Shown here: in pieces, positions 39,801-49,070 of the stretch
How the letters are laid out: each line of letters begins with the position of its first letter
How positions within the stretch are numbered: position 1 is the first letter of the stretch
Origin: Octopus sinensis
Lineage: Eukaryota
Direction of reading: 5' to 3'
DNA: 64,000 bases
Assembly: GCF_006345805.1 (NCBI RefSeq)
Contig: NC_043021.1
Location: 3,596,001 to 3,660,000, forward strand
Notes under the pieces: model-generated
Seen by the model: only the letters and a program-made list of their open reading frames with translations
Database searches by the model: none
What the model was told of the DNA's origin: nothing
Translations under genes and position numbers: made by a program

Positions 39801-40619
39801 CTGCAGTTTTCTAGCAAGATCATTTTGTTATTTCTTACAAAAGATTGATTTATAACAAAAACTACTGAAGAAAGCCACTATGGAGACAGTTATGGCAGGT
39901 GATAGCTGAGACCAGCTCAAGATAGTTATAGATGACAAGAGACAACACATGGAACCCTGCTGTAGGTGAAGGCTACTGCAGCACTTTGCTACCCAACTCA
40001 GGAGAAGCATACAGGCCAAGGGGAAAAACACTTGTGACCCTGAGACACATCAATCCCAAGTGTTTCACTGGTACTTAATTTATCAACCCCAAAAGGATGA
40101 CAGGCAAAGTTCACCTCGGCAGAATTTAAACTCAGAACGTAGCAGCAGACGAAATACCGTTAAACATTTTGCCTGCTGTGCTAACAATTCTGCCATCTCG
40201 ATAATGATAAAATTATTTGATGATGATCCCTGGCTTACATCCATGGTATGTCACATGCATTGTCGCTGTTCATTTTCTTTCCTTTTTCCTCCTTTATTTT
40301 CTGATTTCTTTTTCATTTTTTTCTTTCCTTTTTCTTTCTCCCTATTTTTTACCACGACTTTGTAGATGAACAATCTAGTGTGTTTATTTTAATGGCCTAC
40401 CAATGTAGCTTCTTTGCTCTAGGTGTCAGGAAGACACTCAGCAAGAAATGGAAACAAAATGGAAAGAGGAGGATGATAATAATAATAATAATAATAGTAG
40501 TAATAATAATAATAATAACAACCAACTTACCCCCATTGCTTTGGGGTGATCTTTGGGAACATTCACTCTGAGGTAATATGAGGGCTGCACCTTTGACTGT
40601 GAAATAATTTTCACTAAAA
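2243..40619 (-). CDS. SSH: Slingshot protein phosphatase homolog (cofilin phosphatase); 15 coding exons, 5' end incomplete
   Basis: Hand-spliced exons total 4300 nt with consistent phases and GT-AG ends. Recognisable SSH motifs: [89 protein letters not shown]-terminal GKTHPLSKL...NPSFYSTM. Confidence 0.96.
4681..5105 (+). mobile_element. CR1/Jockey-group LINE ORF2 C-terminal fragment, internally deleted
   Basis: [14 protein letters not shown]...[10 protein letters not shown]...[19 protein letters not shown] and [17 protein letters not shown] motifs. Confidence 0.85.
5108..8180. repeat. About 3.1-kb degenerate (TA)n/(TACA)n/(TATG)n alternating purine-pyrimidine tract
   Basis: Directly visible; source of all the Y/I/H/T- and M/Y/V/C-rich spurious ORFs. 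Confidence 0.98.
8262..8506 (-). CDS. SSH: SSH exon ([31 protein letters not shown]...RMKTI); phase 2 to 1
   Basis: Acceptor after a (TC)n tract, donor GTAAGT; bridges the phases of the flanking exons. Confidence 0.88.
8518..8620. repeat. (GA)n microsatellite forming the polypyrimidine tract of exon 8262-8506
   Basis: Directly visible. Confidence 0.95.
8690..9365. mobile_element. Cluster of three partial or full copies of an about 220-bp piggyBac-like MITE
   Basis: Shared body (ctggccagat..ctctcacacctaccctacaatgtcattc) and aatgctaaagggTTAA ends. Confidence 0.75.
9838..10155 (-). mobile_element. tRNA-derived SINE family B, reverse orientation
   Basis: Reverse complement of the 15001-15388 body (gcactccgtcggttacga...ccactaagccacgc). 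Confidence 0.8.
10337..10726 (-). mobile_element. Non-autonomous Helitron-type element, family 1, copy 1
   Basis: 5' TC(tttatatata), 3' hairpin cccgagcaacgccggg then CTAC; same family at 18549 and 31580. Confidence 0.75.
11380..12526 (-). CDS. SSH: SSH large exon (DFDFMQRNF...[11 protein letters not shown]); phase 1 to 2
   Basis: Acceptor atttttgcAG, donor GTACAT; 1147-nt open frame within ORF 11235..12602. Confidence 0.9.
12739..12811 (+). tRNA. tRNA-Val(AAC) gene or pseudogene with damaged 5' acceptor strand
   Basis: Anticodon arm TCTGC-TTAACAC-GCAGA (AAC at 12772-12774), T arm GCGAG-TTCGAAA-CTCGC, D arm GTGTAGTGATTATCAC, 3' acceptor TGGAACC; TTTT follows at 12817-12820. Confidence 0.78.
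12880..13400 (-). mobile_element. Two diverged family B SINE fragments in tandem
   Basis: gtgacaaggctggccctttgaattacagg and caagtggctgagta motifs occur twice. Confidence 0.7.
13435..13520 (-). CDS. SSH: SSH exon ([28 protein letters not shown]); phase 2 to 1
   Basis: Acceptor gttttcatttcAG, donor GTGAGA; phases fit both neighbours. Confidence 0.88.
13739..14473. mobile_element. TTAA-flanked piggyBac-like MITE family 2, split by an RTE-tailed SINE (about 13900-14417)
   Basis: Ends TTAAcctttttgatacc and aacgaaagggTTAA; reverse complement of the uninterrupted copy at about 44137-44356. Confidence 0.75.
15001..15388 (+). mobile_element. Young full-length tRNA-derived SINE family B inside a piggyBac-like MITE
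   Basis: A-box (TGGCCCAGTGG) and B-box (GGTTTCGATTCC) head; 12-bp TSD AATAGTTTGGCT at 14989 and 15389. Confidence 0.9.
15651..15790 (-). CDS. SSH: SSH exon (VIAYKMKED...[29 protein letters not shown]); phase 0 to 2
   Basis: Acceptor ttctcacaacAG, donor GTAAGT; DSP C-terminal helices. Confidence 0.95.
16716..17009. repeat. 21 x 14-bp tandem array (GTGTCTTCGACAAA) inside a CORE-type SINE remnant
   Basis: 20 identical units plus one with a C>T change; flanks are SINE sequence (gcatggcacct... and ...agccttgtga). Confidence 0.95.
17195..17610 (+). mobile_element. CORE-type SINE family C (OR2-like) with internal (TG)n
   Basis: gtggctgtgtggtaagaagc head, caccttaggcaagtgtcttc CORE-like segment, gaaacaagaaataaaag tail. 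Confidence 0.8.
17632..17692 (-). CDS. SSH: SSH catalytic exon ([20 protein letters not shown]); phase 2 to 0
   Basis: Acceptor tttttccAG, donor GTAAGT; intact HCX5RS phosphatase signature. Confidence 0.97.
18549..18931 (+). mobile_element. Helitron-type element family 1, copy 2 (internal duplication)
   Basis: 3' cccgagcaacgccgggcgatactgCTAG; duplicated gtctacgatgagtc...tttaccat block. Confidence 0.8.
18991..19137 (-). CDS. SSH: SSH exon ([38 protein letters not shown]...RKTK); phase 2 to 2
   Basis: Acceptor ctcttttacAG, donor GTAAGT; [11 protein letters not shown] motif. Confidence 0.95.
20625..20800 (-). CDS. SSH: SSH exon (LRNMLEES...FIDAE...[30 protein letters not shown]); phase 0 to 2
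   Basis: Acceptor tttgttttAG, donor GTGAGT; start of the DSP domain. Confidence 0.95.
21707..21797 (-). CDS. SSH: SSH exon ([30 protein letters not shown]), DEK-C-like region; phase 2 to 0
   Basis: Acceptor ttctgttgtAG, donor GTAAGA; KL.EIMM.KDLE..T.KE motif. Confidence 0.93.
21960..22250 (-). mobile_element. CR1-type LINE 3' end
   Basis: [10 protein letters not shown]...[18 protein letters not shown]...SFKALM motif followed by a (TTA)n tail. Confidence 0.85.
22365..22785 (-). mobile_element. Full-length family C (OR2-like) SINE
   Basis: Reverse complement of the copies at 42875 and 62995; internal (TA)n(TG)n. Confidence 0.88.
23480..23856 (+). mobile_element. Helitron-type element family 2 with a perfectly palindromic 3' end
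   Basis: A|TCtctatatata start, (TG)n subterminal tract, hairpin plus CTAG|T end. Confidence 0.7.
23943..24005 (-). CDS. SSH: SSH exon ([21 protein letters not shown]); phase 2 to 2
   Basis: Acceptor ttttccccttcAG, donor GTAAGT; aligns to the WN.M.D.ES...DSP motif. Confidence 0.9.
24096..24540 (+). mobile_element. Two tandem 3' fragments of an REL-endonuclease LINE (R4/Dong-like) in (AAT)n
   Basis: [59 protein letters not shown]; copies start at 24096 and 24424, each after (AAT)n. Confidence 0.8.
25003..25238 (-). mobile_element. Young tRNA-derived SINE family A
   Basis: ggcggcgagctggcagaatcgttagc head, gttctgagttcaaattcc B-box, gtcgactttgcctttcatcctttc core; further copies near 36386, 56140, 59667, 60282 and 61228, plus many older ones. 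Confidence 0.88.
25337..25471 (-). CDS. SSH: SSH exon (SALQSLHKV...[19 protein letters not shown]); phase 2 to 2
   Basis: Acceptor ttttgttccAG, donor GTAAGT; contains the LHK motif. Confidence 0.94.
26325..26918 (-). mobile_element. Two tandem family C SINEs (one partial, one full)
   Basis: The tail block cttagtacttattctattggtctctttg occurs twice; (TA)n inside. Confidence 0.82.
26942..27140 (+). mobile_element. RTE-type LINE ORF2 C-terminal fragment
   Basis: [21 protein letters not shown]...[14 protein letters not shown] motif. Confidence 0.75.
28235..28600. repeat. Compound (TATC)n/(CA)n/(TA)n microsatellite inside a family C SINE
   Basis: Directly visible; SINE head at about 28075, RTE-like tail to about 28830. 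Confidence 0.9.
28918..30089. mobile_element. Decayed non-autonomous Tc1/pogo-like DNA transposon
   Basis: Imperfect ~27-bp TIRs (ctgtaaaaacccatgtaatttgcacac / gtgcgtaaattacatgggcttttatgg) flanked by TA; subterminal hairpin cacctgtgta-att-tacacaggtg. Confidence 0.65.
31455..31520 (-). CDS. SSH: SSH exon ([22 protein letters not shown]); phase 2 to 2
   Basis: Acceptor tttatttcAG, donor GTACGT; [10 protein letters not shown] is invariant in the SSH family. Confidence 0.94.
31580..31954 (+). mobile_element. Helitron-type element family 1, copy 3
   Basis: A|TC start, hairpin plus CTAG|T end. Confidence 0.82.
32238..32425 (-). CDS. SSH: SSH exon (AVKLES...EESIMLGID...[17 protein letters not shown]); phase 0 to 2
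   Basis: Acceptor ttctttccctaAG, donor GTAAGT; SSH-N domain motifs; matches ORF 32234..32515. Confidence 0.95.
32591..32965. repeat. Purine-rich 13/15-bp tandem repeat within a diverged larger dimer
   Basis: (AGAGGGAGAGAGAAA)n at 32601-32790; catgtgattag and gtag(a/g)gggaatgt blocks each occur twice. Confidence 0.8.
34597..34661 (-). CDS. SSH: SSH exon ([22 protein letters not shown]); phase 1 to 0
   Basis: Acceptor tctctcttttcAG, donor GTATGT; conserved QHLQ.M..LLRPED motif. Confidence 0.93.
34815..34882 (-). ncRNA. Candidate minimal type I hammerhead ribozyme (probably degenerate)
   Basis: CTGATGA (34864-34858), T, stem II AGCT/GGCT, GAAA (34843-34840), palindromic stem III ACTTCGAAGT, GTC triplet ending at 34830; stem I imperfect. 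Confidence 0.5.
34900..36350 (-). mobile_element. Decayed retroelement ORF1/gag-like region with degenerate zinc knuckle; no RT seen
   Basis: N/S/T-rich N-terminal part, then [13 protein letters not shown]...[12 protein letters not shown]...[19 protein letters not shown] (CX2CX4HX4C with first C to S); stops and frameshifts present. Confidence 0.6.
36386..36621 (-). mobile_element. Young family A SINE with 16-bp TSD
   Basis: CACAAGGTCCGAATAT at 36370-36385 and 36622-36637. Confidence 0.92.
39500..39920 (+). mobile_element. Decayed REL-endonuclease LINE (R2/NeSL-like) 3' region
   Basis: [35 protein letters not shown] resembles K..KY.DL....GW.....PVEVG.RGF. Confidence 0.6.
40531..40619 (-). 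CDS. SSH: SSH exon ([29 protein letters not shown]), most 5' exon identified; phase 2 to 1
   Basis: Acceptor tttttcactccAG, donor GTAAGT; conserved SE.(F/Y)F.VKGAAL motif. Confidence 0.92.
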
Positions 40620-40782
40620 CTGGAGTGAAAAATAAAAAGAGAAAAGAATATTTTCATTATTATTACAATCAATAAAATTAAGTTTAAATTCTTGTCATAT
40701 TTTAAATAACAACGAAACCATCTTTTTTTTTTTTTTACATAGAAATGAAAAAAACAGATTATAAACATACACACAAGTGCAT

Positions 40783-40826
<44 letters not shown>

Positions 40827-40970
40827 TAAAGATAGACAAATGTCACCCATGCCACAAAAGCATATTGCTGAAGAATCTTGCTGCAACACAGAATAACATA
40901 GAAATCAATGAGAAAAAATAGGTGTTGCATTATGGAATTCTATGATAATGCTTCAGTAATGCGGGTTATG

Positions 40971-41010
<40 letters not shown>

Positions 41011-41014
<4 letters not shown>

Positions 41015-41068
41015 GGAACTGCCAAGATGGCACTCTATATATAGAGTGCCGTCTTGGCAGTTCCCTTT
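41011..41068. repeat. 58-bp near-perfect palindrome beside (TA)n
   Basis: 29-bp arms with one mismatch (41028 T versus 41051 G). Confidence 0.95.
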
Positions 41069-41677
41069 CTTAATGCTGATGGTCAGAGACTGTGGATCTA
41101 TCCACCATTTCTTTCATCGATTCCTGATTCTGGCTATGGTTATCTATTCAGGCAGAGATCTTCCGAATCATCCACAGATGTTGACCATCCAGCATCTTCC
41201 CAGACTCCTCCACTTTCCTTGTTTTGAGACGTCCCTCTAAGATGTGTATCCAGAGGTCATGAGACTTAGTGACATGCCCAAAATACTGGAGCTTTCCCCG
41301 TGTTTCATGTGTGTGTGTGTGTGCATGTGAGAAGGTGCATGGCTTAGTGGTTAGTGTATTCAGCTCACAATCATAAGATCATGATTTCGATGCCTGCGGC
41401 ACGTTGGGTCCTTGACCAGGACACTTTATTTCACATTGATCTGTTCACCCAGGTGGCAAAAAAATGAGTTGTTCTTGTATATCGAAGGGTCAGCCTTGTC
41501 ACATTCTGTGTAATGCTGAATTTTCTTGAGAACTATGTTAAGGGTACATGTGTCTGTGGAGTGCTCAGCCACTTGCACGTTAATATCATGAGCAGGATGT
41601 TCAGTAGATTGAATAAACTGGAACCCTCATCGTCATAACCAGTGGAGTGCCAGTCTATAAATATATATATATATATA

Positions 41678-42435
41678 TGGGAGAATTTGTTTTTGAAAAT
41701 GCACCTAAATTTGAAAAATGTTCAGCAAAGACTATAAGAAATGTACATTACTAAAATTTTGGTCATATTGAGTTTTTATAGAATACATGGACAAGAGAGA
41801 GAAAAAGGAAAAGGAGAAACCCACTACCTTTCAAAACCTGTTCCTATGTCTACGGAACCAATCAATCAAAAAACCCTAATGCAGAAACAAAATCTATTTT
41901 TTGACCAAAAACATCCACCAGAAAGAATATATGTCTTAAAATTATAATGAATCAAGAATTAGATTCTTTTGTGTAAAAACATATATATATACACAAGATA
42001 TTCTGATTCCCCAAAAACTCTGTTAAAAGCGAAAAGACCAGAATGCGACAGAAAAGAGAACTACACATAAGAAACGGTAAAAAAACCCCCATTTTTTTCT
42101 CCTTTTCTCCCTCTTGCCTATGTTTTCTATAAAAACTCAATTATGACCAAATTTTTAGGCACATATATTTATTATATTCTTTACCGAACATTTACTTTGA
42201 TATTATCTACCCCTGTCACTGAATTTTATGTGAACATTTGATTGTTTAAACACGTTTGTTAAATATCTACTTCATAATTTTAAACTTTGTTAAAATCCCA
42301 TTGTTTTATATACATTTCTACCATTGATAAACAAAATATCATTGAAACTAGTTTGATATGTATGTGAATAAATCTATTTAAAAACAATTACACATTTTTC
42401 AAATTCAGGTGTATTTTCGAAAATAAATTCTCCTG
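41678..42435. mobile_element. About 760-bp MITE with ~45-bp TIRs, TA-flanked (Tc1/mariner-like)
   Basis: ggagaatttgtttttgaaaatgcacctaaatttgaaaaatg versus catttttcaaattcaggtgtattttcgaaaataaattctcc. Confidence 0.75.
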
Positions 42436-42874
42436 TATTTTTCCTGTGTGGGAATACACCTCTTGTTTCCACACATACATATATACATACACACACACAT
42501 ATTGTGTATAATTTCTTTTTATACACTAGTGTGTATGCATATGTATGTCCGTATGGTTGTATATCTGTAAAACAAGTGGGAGGGTATCATTAAAACAAAA
42601 AGTATGTGTACGCAACACACACAGACCTTCACTGAAGTAAAAGCATCAATAAAGCAAACAAACTTTCAGAATATATACAAAACAACGTATCAATTAATTA
42701 ATCACACACATATATATATATATATGAAACAACAAAATTAGATTGGCTGAGTGGTTAAGGTTAAAGAGTTGTGAGTAAGCCAATTGTTTAGTTGTGCAGT
42801 ACAAAATTTGCTACAAGCATCGAATCAAAACTCTTTAAACCAAAACATTAACTTGGTTTACCGAAAAAAATAAG

Positions 42875-43290
42875 CAAGGAGTGGCTGTGTGGTAAGTAGC
42901 TTGCTTACCAACCACATGGTTCCGGGTTCAGTCCCACTGCGTGGCATCTTGGGCAAGTGTCTTCTGCTACAGCCCCGGGCTGACCAATGCCTTGTGAGTG
43001 GATTTGGCAGACGGAAACTGAAAGAAGCCTGTCGTATATATATATGTATATATATATATGTATGTGTGTGTGTGTTTGTGTGTCTGTGTTTGTCCCCCTA
43101 GCATTGCTTGACAACCGATGCTGGTGTGTTTACGTCCCTGTCACTTAGCAGTTTGGCAAAAGAGACTGATAGAATAAGTACTGAGCTTACAAAGAATAAG
43201 TCCCGGGGTCGATTTGCTCGACTAAAGGCGGTGCTCCAGCATGGCCACAGTCAAATGACTGAAACAAGTAAAAGAGTAAAAAAAGAGTAA
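42875..43290 (+). mobile_element. Full-length family C (OR2-like) SINE
   Basis: Head, CORE-like segment, (TA)n(TG)n and gaaacaagtaaaagagtaaa tail. Confidence 0.88.
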
Positions 43291-44136
43291 TCAACCCCCA
43301 GTTCAAAATTTAGTGGTTATTAAAAAGCAATGATTCCCAATCTTGGGTTTGCAAATCCCTTCTGACATGGGTTGGATGATTTCCGAACAAGCCAAAGGGC
43401 TGTACCAAACCCTAATGTCTGCTTTGGCATGGTTTCTATGGCTGGGACCTTTCCTAATGCCAACCACTTTCCAGAGTACACTAGGTATTTCTTTACATGG
43501 CACCAGCACTAGTGAGGTGACCAAGTAGCTCACAAGACCCGACTCTTCAACTCATGGTTTGTAGTACCATGTGGGGTGGCTTTAAACGAGGTGATGACAG
43601 GTTATGACAAACGGAAAGGCGTCTTGCTGTAAAAGGGTTATATGCTTCCCCTCCACCACATCACGCTGGAAAAGAGAAATGGTGGTAATAAGGTGTCACA
43701 ACCTTCTCATGATGTGTGACATGGTGACCTCATATCAAGATAAATAGCACATGACCTTGTAGGTAGGGCCCTCACTACTACTACTACTGCTGCTGCTGTG
43801 AACAGTTCTCTCCATTGCAGCAATTGTTATTGGATCTTCTCAGCAAGCACTACCAGGCTTGATTGACATATGGTACACAGCTAGCAGACTGCATGAAACA
43901 CCAGACCAGCAGTTCTAGCCCTCTTTATTATAAGAAGGTTATATTATCTTAAGAATTGTGAAAGGCATGCTCCTATTTCAAAGAATTGGTAGTAGAAGCC
44001 ATTTTTTAGGCGATTTAGCTTCAACAATGAACAGTCTCTACCTCATCATCCTCAATCTTTTTACCTTAGTTTATTTCGTGTTGGTGTTGTTTAGTTAGCT
44101 CACAGTCAACCGTAATTGAGCAGACCTGTGATTAAC

Positions 44137-44356
44137 CCTTTTATTACTGTATTTATTTTGAGATGTTCTGTGTTTCTTTCAATTACTTTAAATATAACAA
44201 AGAATTTAGTCAAAATAACTTAGTTATCATTCAGCTAGTGTTAGGAACATAAATTGTGACTAAGGTTTGGTGGAAGATTTTAATTTAAAACTTATGAAAC
44301 CAAGACATTTGTACTACAGAGCCAGAGACGGTTTTGGTCGGGTTGGTAATGAAAGG
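44137..44356. mobile_element. piggyBac-like MITE family 2, uninterrupted copy
   Basis: TTAAcccttttattac ... gtaatgaaagggTTAA. Confidence 0.75.
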
Positions 44357-45959
44357 GTTAAAGGTATTCCAACTGTGGCCATCCTGTTCATTATACTCTT
44401 TCTTTTTTTAAAGATAGTAAGGCAGTAATTCTAAATATTCTCACTACCACAGATCCTTTTTATTTAATCCTTCTATTAATCCATTTTGGAAAAAAAAAAA
44501 AAAGAATTTACAATGGTAGTGTTTGGAACATAATTTAACATGAAATTTCAATGGAAAATTTTTATTTTGATCGCTTAAAAAGATGGTCATATCACAAAAC
44601 CAGAGTCAGTCGTGGGCAGGTTGCTATCAAAAAGTTATGAATGTTTTTACAGGGCTCAGTGTTTTTGAAAGGCTTCCCAACCCAACAGATTTCAAACTCA
44701 GCTAATTGGGCCCCCAGCACTTTCTTGGTGAAACCAAGATTGGGTAGGACTGTAGTAAGGTGTCATTTGAGGGTGATTTGGCTACTATATTTGTAGAACG
44801 AGGAGTCACTACACAGATGTTCTCTCATTGGCTTGTCAGTTGGTTTGATGTTCATTAATACGGAATAACGGACATGTTAGTCAATAAGATGATGCTCATT
44901 AATGGTGACATTCGTTAATGTAAAATAATAACAGATACAACCAAAAGAAAAAAAAAAACTTGGACTTTATTACAAAGTGGAATGTAATAAGCATTAGGGG
45001 ATGTTCCTTGTAAAAGGTCGTCAGAAACTCATTAGTTCTTGAAACTAAAAGAAGGAAAACTAAATTAACTGTGGATCGATGTAATTGCATCAACATGTTG
45101 AAATATTGGTATTCTACAGACAGGAAACAGGTATAAATTTTATGACAGCACTGACATTTGAATAAACTTTACAATGCCAACTCAGCACACGAAACCAAAT
45201 TATCTGAAGCTGCTTCAACAGATCTAGTTGCAAGACAAACAAACTAATACAACTTTAGATGTCGTCTCACATTTTCATGAGATACTCTAAGCTCCTGGTA
45301 TATAATAAGAGGTCGTCTAATGTTTTATTGTCCGATAAAACAAAATACAATAAAGGAAAAAAGAAAGTGGAAGCAAATTTTTCAATATCCGGTCACACAG
45401 TGTAAAATGCTGTTCACAGATTTATTTCATGGTAAATAAACACAAAATACAAACAGAGACACTCATCAAAGTAGTCGTCAGCTATGATTAACTCGTTTCG
45501 TAAATTACTGCATTTGACTGCATATAAGACGCACTTTTCCCCCCAAAGAAAAAAAAAATGTTTCAAAAAGGAAAAAAATATCACCCTGGGTTCTATTAAT
45601 TTGATCTTTTACTCGTTTCAGTCATTTGACTATGGCCATGCTGGGGCACTATCTTGAAAAAGTATACACTTGTGAGATGGATATGAACCAGGTCTCAAAA
45701 AGAAAAAGAAAAAAAGTAACTTTACAACAATGATCCAAATGTGACCATTCCATCGCCAGTATTCAATATACTAAAAGACAACCATAAATAGATATTCCTC
45801 TAAGTCAGTTTTTCTCAACGGTTCTTTTTACCTGTGGACCCCTCTTCCAGAATTCACTTGTCTGTGACAAAAATACTCTTCCAGTACTGTTCTGACCTCA
45901 TCTACAGAATTCATATTTTTTCCGTCCAAATGATTTTGAAGACTGCAGAATAAATGATA

Positions 45960-46500
45960 ATCAGATGGGCCAATGTGCAGCAAATATGGGATAATGTCCA
46001 GCATTCAAACAGCTCCAGCCCTTGGAATGCCATCCTTGCTGGATGTGGTCAAGCATTATCCTGATGGAAGAATCAGGATAATGCTCGACCATTCGTCTTG
46101 AAACCAGAGATGGTCGTTTTTCTTCTAGCACTGACTTGGGATTGTGGCTCTGTGTGTGTGGCCAAGGGCCATTATAAACAGGAGTGGTCCCAAAACAGTG
46201 CCTTGCAGAACACTGTTCACAATGTGTGTCATTGGAGATGGCCACATTGGCTACTACTGCTTGATTTCTGTCTCTCAGCCATTCTCCCAATTTAGGACTC
46301 ACATGATTTTAGAAGGATTGTTGGGAATCTATCGGGGCCATCTCATCTATAGCCCTTATTACATCGTCTTCTATTATCTTGATGTAATCAATCATCATTG
46401 CCTCTGTTTTTATATCTGCAGCGGCAAAAAAGTCAGCTGGATTGCTGACATGCAAGTGTCCTAGCGATGACATTTTTTGAAGAAGGCTCTGGGGTTAGAT
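45960..46500 (-). mobile_element. Highly decayed CR1/Jockey-type RT fragment
   Basis: LGEWLRDRNQAVVAN followed by a frameshifted VLQGTVLGPLLFIMAL motif. Confidence 0.6.
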
Positions 46501-47039
46501 TTTATACTGTCTACAGCTCAGGATTCTTTGTCTTCTCTGTATGTACATACACACACAATGTATGTGGCCCAGGGCAAAATTAAAACCAAGTGGTGCCCTA
46601 CTTACAGCCCATTAGCAGTGTCCCCTTCATCTTTCCATTGACTAACTGATAATACATTAAGACATAAGGGCCAAAAATGAAACAGATTAAAAAAAAAAAA
46701 GCAAAAAAACAAAAACAGTTTCCTATCAGGCCATATCCCATAACTATATCAAATACATAACTATCTTTCTATTTTTAGTGTCATTTATTTAACACAAAAT
46801 AATAAGCAGCAAATTACTTTTAACTAGGGCAACAGGAAAAGAATTGTAAATTTTCCAAACTACTTTTATTCATCCAAAAATAGAAGGAAAGGAAAAACAG
46901 GAAGAAATAAAGAAAACCACTGAGATATTACTATGTATACTATGGTTAATCCAGAAAGGGCTCTCTCTCCTGTGGTGATGCCTTTTCTGGGTGCCTAAAC
47001 TCATGTTTATTTTGTTTAACAGTTAATTTGGCATTATAT

Positions 47040-47343
47040 GATCATACATCCGAATCGTGGCCGATGCCAGTGTCGCCTCGACTGGCTTCCGTGCAGGTGA
47101 CACATAAAATGCACCAATCCGACTGTGGCCGATGCCAGCCTCGCCTGGCACCAGTGCAGGTGGCACGTAAAAAGCACCCACTACACTCTCGGAGTGGTTG
47201 GCGTTAGGAAGGGCATCCAGCCGTAGAAACTTTGCCAGATAAGACCGGAGCCTGGTGCAGCCTTCTGGCTTCCCAGATCCCCGGTCGAACCGTCCAACCC
47301 ATGCTAGCATGGAGAGCGGACGTTAAACGATGATGATGATGAT
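47040..47343 (+). mobile_element. RTE-tailed SINE family D ending in (GAT)n
   Basis: ggttggcgttaggaagggcatccagccgtagaaa...gcatggagagcggacgttaaacgatgatgat; further copies near 13900, 17880, 34260 and 49075. Confidence 0.82.
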
Positions 47344-48060
47344 AGATGACGATGTGTGTTTGTGTCAGTGCACATGTACAAACAAGCTAAAATAGAAACG
47401 TTTTATGTTTTACGTTTTTTCTATCTTCAGTTTGTTGATTATTGAAGAGCAGAAACAAAAACAATTAAACGAGATAAAAAGAAAGAAAAAAATTAGAAAC
47501 AGAAAAAAAAAAGAAGATATTTGATAATTGCTGAAGTTTAATTGAAAAGTGTAAACATCACTTTGCAATCTTAATAGACGGAAATGCAGGAATCTTTCAT
47601 AAATCAATAAACAACAGCTTGGTTTATTTACTGTGTTGATGTTCTAGAGATAAAACTTACAAATAAAGGAGCCAATAATCTATGTATTAATATAGTAGTA
47701 TGTTCCTACCTACCTACCTATGTTATGCATCAGACTAAAGGAAGTAACTACAAGGAGAGAGAGAAAGCCAGAGGAAAAATGAAAAGAGATGATGATGATG
47801 GTAATTGTGATGGTGCTTATTTGTTGTGATGGCTGTTTGTTTGTTTGTTGTTGGTCGTCATGGTGGTATTGATGGTAACAATGGCATTGTTCAACAGCAG
47901 TTACTTGCACTAAGGTATATGCAATTAAATCATACAATATTTTCTTCCTAACTTCAGTCCACAAAACCATATTGTCAACTATTTACTACTTACAAAAACA
48001 ACCACCATTAACTAACACTCTACCAACATCCTCATCACCACAACAAACTGCCAAAGTCCT

Positions 48061-48081
48061 CAGAGAGAGAGAGAGAGAGAG

Positions 48082-48129
<48 letters not shown>

Positions 48130-48590
48130 GTGTGTGTGTGTGTGTATGAGTGAGTGAGGTGAGTGAGTGAGTGAGTGAGTGAGTGAGTGAGTGAGTGAGT
48201 GAGTGAGTGAGTGAGTGAGTGAGTGAGTGAGTGAGTGAGTGAGTGGGTGGGTGGGTGAGTGAGTGAGTGAGTGAGTGAGTGAGTGAGTGGGTGAGTGAGT
48301 GAGTGAGTGGGTGAGTGAGTGAGTGAGTGAGTGGGTGAGTGGGTGGGTGAGTGAGTGAGTGGGTGGTGTGAGTGAGTGGTGGGTGGGTGAGTGAGTGAGT
48401 GAGTGGTGGGTGAGTGAGTGAGTGAGTGGGTGGGTGAGTGAGTGGGTGGGTGGGTGAGTGAGTGGGTGAGTGAGTGAGTGAGTGAGTGAGTGAGTGGGTG
48501 AGTGAGTGAGTGAGTGGGTGGGTGAGTGAGTGGGTGGGTGGGTGAGTGAGTGAGTGAGTGAGTGTGTGCGTGTGTGTGTGTATAGGTGTA
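48061..48590. repeat. Compound (GA)n(GT)n(GAGT/GGGT)n microsatellite
   Basis: Directly visible. Confidence 0.95.
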
Positions 48591-48814
48591 AGTATGTATA
48601 TGTATGTGCACACATGTAAGACTATATGTCCAGTATTGATTCACTGGTGCTTCTCTCTCATCTCTTTTTCTCCCCTGTCCTTCACTGATACCAACTCAAC
48701 TAACATTTCCTTACAACTTCTATCTCTTTCTAGCTTGTCAACTAATCACTGTCATCTCTACCATCACAAAAAACAGACGTGTACTCTTTTAATAATTAAT
48801 CACAGACTTAATTA

Positions 48815-49070
48815 AATTCGGTTGGCAAGAAAGTAAATTCGTTTTTCGCAAAATACATAGCGTTATGATTTTTTGAATGACTTTTGTGAATGCTATGATT
48901 TTTTTCCTTTTGACATTGGACAGCTAGAACTAAACTGGACTGCAGAGTTTATGATCCCTGAGATTATACTGCCATCTATGTTGCCAAAACGTTCTACAAA
49001 TTCTTGAAACTTTTAGAAATTTCTAGAAAATTCTGCTTCAACAACTCAGTGCAGAATTTGTCTGAAATCA
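48815..49070 (+). mobile_element. Mariner-like MITE fragment, truncated by a SINE
   Basis: Start ttcggttggcaagaaagtaaattcgttttt resembles mariner TIRs; second TIR not found. Confidence 0.45.

Noticed and set aside
47710-47970. 86-aa minus-strand ORF as the SSH first exon
   Set aside because: The donor would be phase 1, incompatible with exon 40619; partly simple repeats
47986-48644. His/Thr/Ser/Leu-rich ORFs of about 200 aa
   Set aside because: Translation of (ACTC)n/(ACCC)n
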